This document shows, in pieces, positions 59,374-64,000 of a stretch of 64,000 nt of DNA. The translations under genes were made by a program, and so were the position numbers. The stretch covers positions 32,001 through 96,000 of the forward strand of contig CAWDVW010000007.1 of assembly GCA_963805855.1 (NCBI GenBank), in the 5' to 3' direction. How positions within the stretch are numbered: the first letter of the stretch is position 1; every line of letters begins with the position of its first letter. The notes beneath the pieces were generated by a model. It did no database searches. It had not been told where the DNA came from and saw only the letters and a program-made list of their open reading frames with translations. Origin of the DNA: Candidatus Dadabacteria bacterium. GTDB lineage: Bacteria; Desulfobacterota_D; UBA1144; Nemesobacterales; CSP1-2.

Positions 59374-59420
59374 ACGATGCAGGATTCACGATGCAGGATG
59401 CAGGATACATGATCCACGAT
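59374..59420. repeat. Heptamer repeat, copy F (one arm only)
   Basis: GATGCAG GATTCAC GATGCAG GATGCAG GATACAT GATCCAC GAT. Confidence 0.8.
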
Positions 59421-59508
59421 GTACGTTAAGTCATGAACCCTTAAGCCTGGTTATTGAACAGTCAAAGTTGTATGCAATATTTCTCAGATCCGGGGAATTG
59501 CTGAGCAT

Positions 59509-60225
59509 TTAAGCCTGTAGTTGCGCTATGATTTCTGATAGGCTTTTGACCTCTAATATCTGAGTGCCGTCTAGCCTCTGGATCCGTCTTTTGTTTAACC
59601 ATATTACATCCAATCCGGCATTTAGTCCTCCAAGCACGTCTGAGCCGTATAAATCACCGATATGCAGCGCCTCCGATGATGAGATATTCAGCTTTTCGAG
59701 TACAAATTGAAAAATACGTGAATCAGGTTTAACAAAACCGAGATTTGTGGAGTCTGCTATTATATCGAAATAGTTCTTTATCCCCACTTCTTCGCATTTC
59801 TCTTGAGTTGTCCCGTCATTATTGGAGATAACACCAAGGATCAATCCCCTATCTTTTAGTAGCTCAATTAGTTCAATAGCCCCCGGAAGGGCAGACCTTG
59901 TATAGTCTATCCCTCTCAGGGCCGTCCTTATTCTCTCCCGAATGATTCTACTCTCCCCTTCGAGCGACAGGTGTTTGCATAGTTTAGGGAAAAACCATTC
60001 TCTGTATTCCAGAGGAGAGATTGTCCCTCTTTCCATATACTTTTTCTGTACTTCGTAATCGGTTTTCAGATATGCACTCTCGAAATCATCATCCGAAACA
60101 TGGTATCCACAATCTCTGAACGCCAAGGCGAGCCTGATCAAGTAAGGAGGATTTGTTGAGGCTAATGTGTCTCCAAAGTCAAAGAAAATCGCCTTCTTGA
60201 GATTTGATTGAATCGTTTTGAACAT
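59509..60225 (-). CDS. HAD-family hydrolase (class IA)
   Basis: FFDFGDTL, VISN, KPDSRIF, HIGDLYGSDV. Confidence 0.88.
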   Translation of the reverse strand: MFKTIQSNLKKAIFFDFGDTLASTNPPYLIRLALAFRDCGYHVSDDDFESAYLKTDYEVQKKYMERGTISPLEYREWFFPKLCKHLSLEGESRIIRERIRTALRGIDYTRSALPGAIELIELLKDRGLILGVISNNDGTTQEKCEEVGIKNYFDIIADSTNLGFVKPDSRIFQFVLEKLNISSSEALHIGDLYGSDVLGGLNAGLDVIWLNKRRIQRLDGTQILEVKSLSEIIAQLQA

Positions 60226-60329
60226 TTAAGTTTGTTACATTATTGATACATGTTTTTATTATTTTTACCAGCTTGAATAAGATTGTAAATTGATATACCA
60301 TGTACTGGAACTGTTGGAGAAAGATTTAA

Positions 60330-61607
60330 ATGTTACACCTAAAAATCGTAGATCCGGAAATCGCTGATGCAATCCAGCGTGAAATTGAACGTCAAGAATG
60401 GAAACTGGAGCTTATTGCTTCTGAAAACTATGTTAGCGATGCGGTGCTGGAGGCGATGGGGTCTGTTCTTACAAACAAGTATGCCGAGGGCCTTCCCGGA
60501 AAGAGATATTACGGCGGCTGCGAGTACGTTGATGTTGCCGAATCGCTGGCTATAGAGCGGGCAAAGAAGCTCTTTGGAGCCGATGCGGTGAATGTGCAAC
60601 CCCATTCTGGTGCCCAGGCAAATATGGCCGTCTATTTTGCTGCCTTAGAGCCTGGCGACACTATCCTTGGAATGAATTTATCGCATGGTGGCCACCTAAC
60701 GCACGGGAGCCCGGTGAATTTCTCTGGCAGGCTTTATAATGCAATCCCTTATGGTGTTAGGGAAGATAACAATCTAATAGACTATGATGAGGTAAGGGAT
60801 CTAGCCATCAAAAACAAGCCAAAGCTTATCATAGCCGGTTGGAGTGCCTATCCTAGGGATGTCGATTTCAAGAGGTTTCGCGAAATAGCAGATGAGTGCG
60901 GGTCATTACTTTTGGCTGATATAGCTCATCCCGCAGGCCTCGTAGTTGCGGGACTCTACTCAAGTCCGATTCCACATTGCGATTTCGTTACGACTACCAC
61001 GCATAAAACACTTAGAGGGCCGAGGGGTGGGATGGTTATGATGAAAAAGGAGCACGAAAAAGTCATAAACAGCCGGGTTTTTCCAGGAACACAGGGTGGT
61101 CCATTGATGCATATCATAGCGGCAAAAGCGGTGGCTTTCAAAGAAGCGCTGCGACCAGAGTTTATTGACTATCAAAAGCAAGTCGTTAAAAATGCGAAGA
61201 AATTGGGTGAATGCCTGTCGAGGGATGGGTTCAGATTGGTTTCTGGCGGCACAGACACGCACCTTGTGCTGGTAGATCTGAGGGAAACTGAGCTGACAGG
61301 TAAATTGGCTGAGGAAACCCTAGAATCTGCCGGTATAACGGTAAATAAAAATGCTGTGCCGTTTGATCCGAGGCCACCTGCAATTTCCAGCGGAATCCGG
61401 ATTGGCACACCCGCCGTGACCACGAGGGGTATGAAGGAGGGTGAGATGGAAGTTATCGCAGGATTGATAAAAGAGGCTCTAAATAATACGGGTAATGCGA
61501 GAGTGTTAACAAGAATTGAGGGGCGCGTGAAGGAGCTTTGTAGTGATTTCCCAATATATAGACATAAACTGAATGAAATGCCCTTACTGCACAGGTCAAA
61601 GAAATAA
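60330..61607 (+). CDS. glyA: Serine hydroxymethyltransferase
   Basis: [40 protein letters not shown]. Confidence 0.97.
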   Translation: MLHLKIVDPEIADAIQREIERQEWKLELIASENYVSDAVLEAMGSVLTNKYAEGLPGKRYYGGCEYVDVAESLAIERAKKLFGADAVNVQPHSGAQANMAVYFAALEPGDTILGMNLSHGGHLTHGSPVNFSGRLYNAIPYGVREDNNLIDYDEVRDLAIKNKPKLIIAGWSAYPRDVDFKRFREIADECGSLLLADIAHPAGLVVAGLYSSPIPHCDFVTTTTHKTLRGPRGGMVMMKKEHEKVINSRVFPGTQGGPLMHIIAAKAVAFKEALRPEFIDYQKQVVKNAKKLGECLSRDGFRLVSGGTDTHLVLVDLRETELTGKLAEETLESAGITVNKNAVPFDPRPPAISSGIRIGTPAVTTRGMKEGEMEVIAGLIKEALNNTGNARVLTRIEGRVKELCSDFPIYRHKLNEMPLLHRSKK

Positions 61608-62118
61608 GGTTATAGACTCTCGATTAAACAGGGAAGGTGGGTCTATAAGGAGACGCAGGGAATGCCTTGATTGCGGGAGGCGCTTTACTACCTATGAGAA
61701 GGTAGAAGACTTCAGCCTGATGGTAATAAAGAAAGATGGCAGTAGGGAATCATTCGATAAGAATAAGATTACGATGGGGATGATCAAGGCATGTGAAAAG
61801 AGACCGATAAGTATTAATGTCATTGAGGATTTCATATCCGAGTTAGAACGGGAGCTTCACGAAAGGGGAGAAAGAGAAGTGGAAAGCCAGGAGATTGGAG
61901 AGAGGGTAATAAAGAAACTTTATGAGATTGATGAAGTCGCATACGTAAGATTTGCCTCAGTTTACAGATCATTTAAAGATGTGAACCAATTTATGGATGA
62001 GTTACGGGATCTTCTTAAAGACAAGGAGAGAGCGACGGACGATCAAAAGTTAGGCACAGAGAAAGGAAAGACTTCAAAACCCACTCTCGAGCTTTTGAAG
62101 ACAGAGGATGACAAATAG
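61573..62118 (+). CDS. nrdR: Transcriptional repressor NrdR
   Basis: [27 protein letters not shown] cone, [10 protein letters not shown]. Confidence 0.96.
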   Translation: MKCPYCTGQRNKVIDSRLNREGGSIRRRRECLDCGRRFTTYEKVEDFSLMVIKKDGSRESFDKNKITMGMIKACEKRPISINVIEDFISELERELHERGEREVESQEIGERVIKKLYEIDEVAYVRFASVYRSFKDVNQFMDELRDLLKDKERATDDQKLGTEKGKTSKPTLELLKTEDDK

Positions 62119-62887
62119 GGCTGTTTTAGTCGATACCCATGCCCATCTGGAAGTCGTTGAGTCTATTTCAGAGGTTATAGATAGGGCATTTGAAAATGGT
62201 GTCGAAACTGTGGTTGCCGTTTCCTCAGACCTGGATTCCTCGAGACGAACCATCGAAATTTCTCATTCCTTCCAAACAGTTTATTCTGCAGTTGGGATCC
62301 ACCCGCATGAGGCTTCGAGTTTTAACGAGAGTGCGCTTGCTCAATTGGCGAGTTTCGTCAGTGAAAAAAGGGTCAGGGCTATAGGAGAGACCGGACTTGA
62401 TTACCATTACTCGCATTCAAACCGGGAATCCCAGATTATGTCTTTCACTAATCAGATAGGGCTATCAATACAATCCGATCTGCCTTTGATTATACATATC
62501 AGGGAAGCCTTCTCGGATGTCTTAAATATCCTACGTAGGCCAGATTTTTCAAATGCCCGGGGGGTTATTCATTGTTTTACGGGTGATTATGAGACTGCGA
62601 AAGGGTTTATCGACCTCGGATTTTTTATTTCATTTTCCGGAATTGTTACTTTTAAGAATGCGGAAAATGTGCGAGATGCAGCAAAAAGGATTCCCCTTGA
62701 TAGAATGCTGATTGAAACCGACTCACCGTACCTGGCTCCTGTTCCTTTCAGGGGTAAGCGAAATGAACCTGCCTATGTCATACATGTCGCTCAAAAAATA
62801 GCTGAATTAAGAGGGACCTCATACGAGAAGATAGCCGAGATAACAACTATTAACGCGAAAGAGCTCTTTAGGCTCGATGACAAGTAG
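62108..62887 (+). CDS. TatD-family nuclease
   Basis: [33 protein letters not shown]. Confidence 0.93.
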   Translation: MTNRAVLVDTHAHLEVVESISEVIDRAFENGVETVVAVSSDLDSSRRTIEISHSFQTVYSAVGIHPHEASSFNESALAQLASFVSEKRVRAIGETGLDYHYSHSNRESQIMSFTNQIGLSIQSDLPLIIHIREAFSDVLNILRRPDFSNARGVIHCFTGDYETAKGFIDLGFFISFSGIVTFKNAENVRDAAKRIPLDRMLIETDSPYLAPVPFRGKRNEPAYVIHVAQKIAELRGTSYEKIAEITTINAKELFRLDDK

Positions 62888-63020
62888 ACATCGGAATAAT
62901 GATCTGGCAGATAAGAGTAGGCCATATTCAATCACCATGTATCGTCGGACTAATGGGTGTTCGTTGCCAAATTTGAAGCCCAGTTGAGATTTATCTTCAG
63001 AGTAATAAACTTCTAGTAAC

Positions 63021-64000
63021 ATGCAGAAAAAAAGAGTCACTGGATCAGGTGGTAAGACGACAATTGGAATCACCATGGGTGATCCATTTGGCATAGGTCC
63101 AGAAATAATTTTAAAGGCTCTCTTTTGTAGCGAGATTCAAAGCATTTGTTCGTTCGTCATTTACGGTGATGCGGAGATATTAAATGAGGCAAAAAAGCTA
63201 ACCGGAATAAAAAATGAATTGAAAATTATAAGCGTTACCAATTTAGACAAAAATGATCTGAGCATTGGAAGCCCAAGCGCAGAGGGAGGCCGAGCCAGTA
63301 TTTTATACATAAGAGAGGCTGTTAAGCATGCATTGGAAGGGACAATAGATGCGATCGTGACTGCACCTATAAGTAAGGAGTCTATTCACCTTGCGGGTTC
63401 GACTTATCCTGGACATACGGAAATGCTAAAAGACCTTACAGGTGCTCGTAATGTGGCGATGTTGTTTGAAGGAGGAGAATTTCGTGTGGTGCTGGTTACG
63501 ATACATTGTGCATTGTCGGAGGTTCCGGCATTGATTACACAGGATCGGGTGTTCAATGCAATTGAATTGACTCATAATTCTTTGGTTGAGTTATTCAATA
63601 TACGGAGTCCCAAAATCGTTGTCTGCGGCTTGAATCCACACGCTGGCGAGTCGGGCATCTTTGGGAATGAGGAAACGGAACATATAATACCTGCTGTAAG
63701 AAGGGCGACGGACTTCGGAATAGATGTAACGGGACCACTACCCGCGGACACTATTTTTTATAGGGCACGGAAGGGAATTTGGGACGCGGTCATCTCCATG
63801 TACCATGACCAGGGTTTGATACCCTTCAAGATGCTTTCGTTCGACGAGGGTGTAAATGTGACACTGGGTCTTCCGATAATAAGGACTTCGCCGGACCATG
63901 GAACGGCTTTTGACATTGCGTGGGAGGGGAAAGCCAACCCTTCGAGCATGATAGCGGCAATCAAGGTTGCTGCGAGGCTCGCTGGAAATAGGGTCTCGAA
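63021..64000 (+). CDS. pdxA: 4-hydroxythreonine-4-phosphate dehydrogenase; runs off the window end
   Basis: Manual translation: ITMGDPFGIGPE, TAPISKE, GHTE, GLNPHAGE, MYHDQGL, RTSPDHGTAFDIA; no stop before 64000. Not in the ORF track. Confidence 0.93.
   Translation, partial: MQKKRVTGSGGKTTIGITMGDPFGIGPEIILKALFCSEIQSICSFVIYGDAEILNEAKKLTGIKNELKIISVTNLDKNDLSIGSPSAEGGRASILYIREAVKHALEGTIDAIVTAPISKESIHLAGSTYPGHTEMLKDLTGARNVAMLFEGGEFRVVLVTIHCALSEVPALITQDRVFNAIELTHNSLVELFNIRSPKIVVCGLNPHAGESGIFGNEETEHIIPAVRRATDFGIDVTGPLPADTIFYRARKGIWDAVISMYHDQGLIPFKMLSFDEGVNVTLGLPIIRTSPDHGTAFDIAWEGKANPSSMIAAIKVAARLAGNRVS

Overview
Bacterial chromosomal window, mostly housekeeping and metabolic genes. Gene content and synteny tentatively suggest a Desulfobacterota/Dadabacteria-like organism (inference only). 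It carries a partial cysC, indolepyruvate ferredoxin oxidoreductase alpha/beta, nfi, gshB, gatCA, rsmI, tRNA-Ser(UGA), plsC, an OprB porin/glucose dehydrogenase/gluconolactonase cluster, csp, tpx, bioD, a complete alternative complex III operon (actABCDEF plus an uncalled 46-aa membrane ORF), purM, TonB, gpgS-gpgP, surE, tRNA-Pro(GGG), rnhB, dapA, asd, a NarL/UvrY-type two-component locus with a Cys-rich repeat protein, DsbA, RpiB, a P450, uvrA, glyA-nrdR-tatD and a partial pdxA. The most unusual content is the layered non-coding mobile DNA: (1) a RAYT transposase with 28-bp GTAG palindromes around and inside it, bracketing a possible cargo gene; (2) a second HUH/RAYT-type transposase with a C-terminal HTH, bounded by 32-bp inverted repeats, plus a 145-bp deletion derivative elsewhere; (3) TGT...ACA miniature elements inserted at REP tails, one with a 5-bp target duplication; (4) six heptamer-periodic repeat loci, five forming hairpins. 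Also notable are a single-repeat (half) TolC and a 544-aa protein with class II aldolase-like motifs. No CRISPR array or rRNA was seen. Protein calls rest on recognised motifs; no database searches were run.
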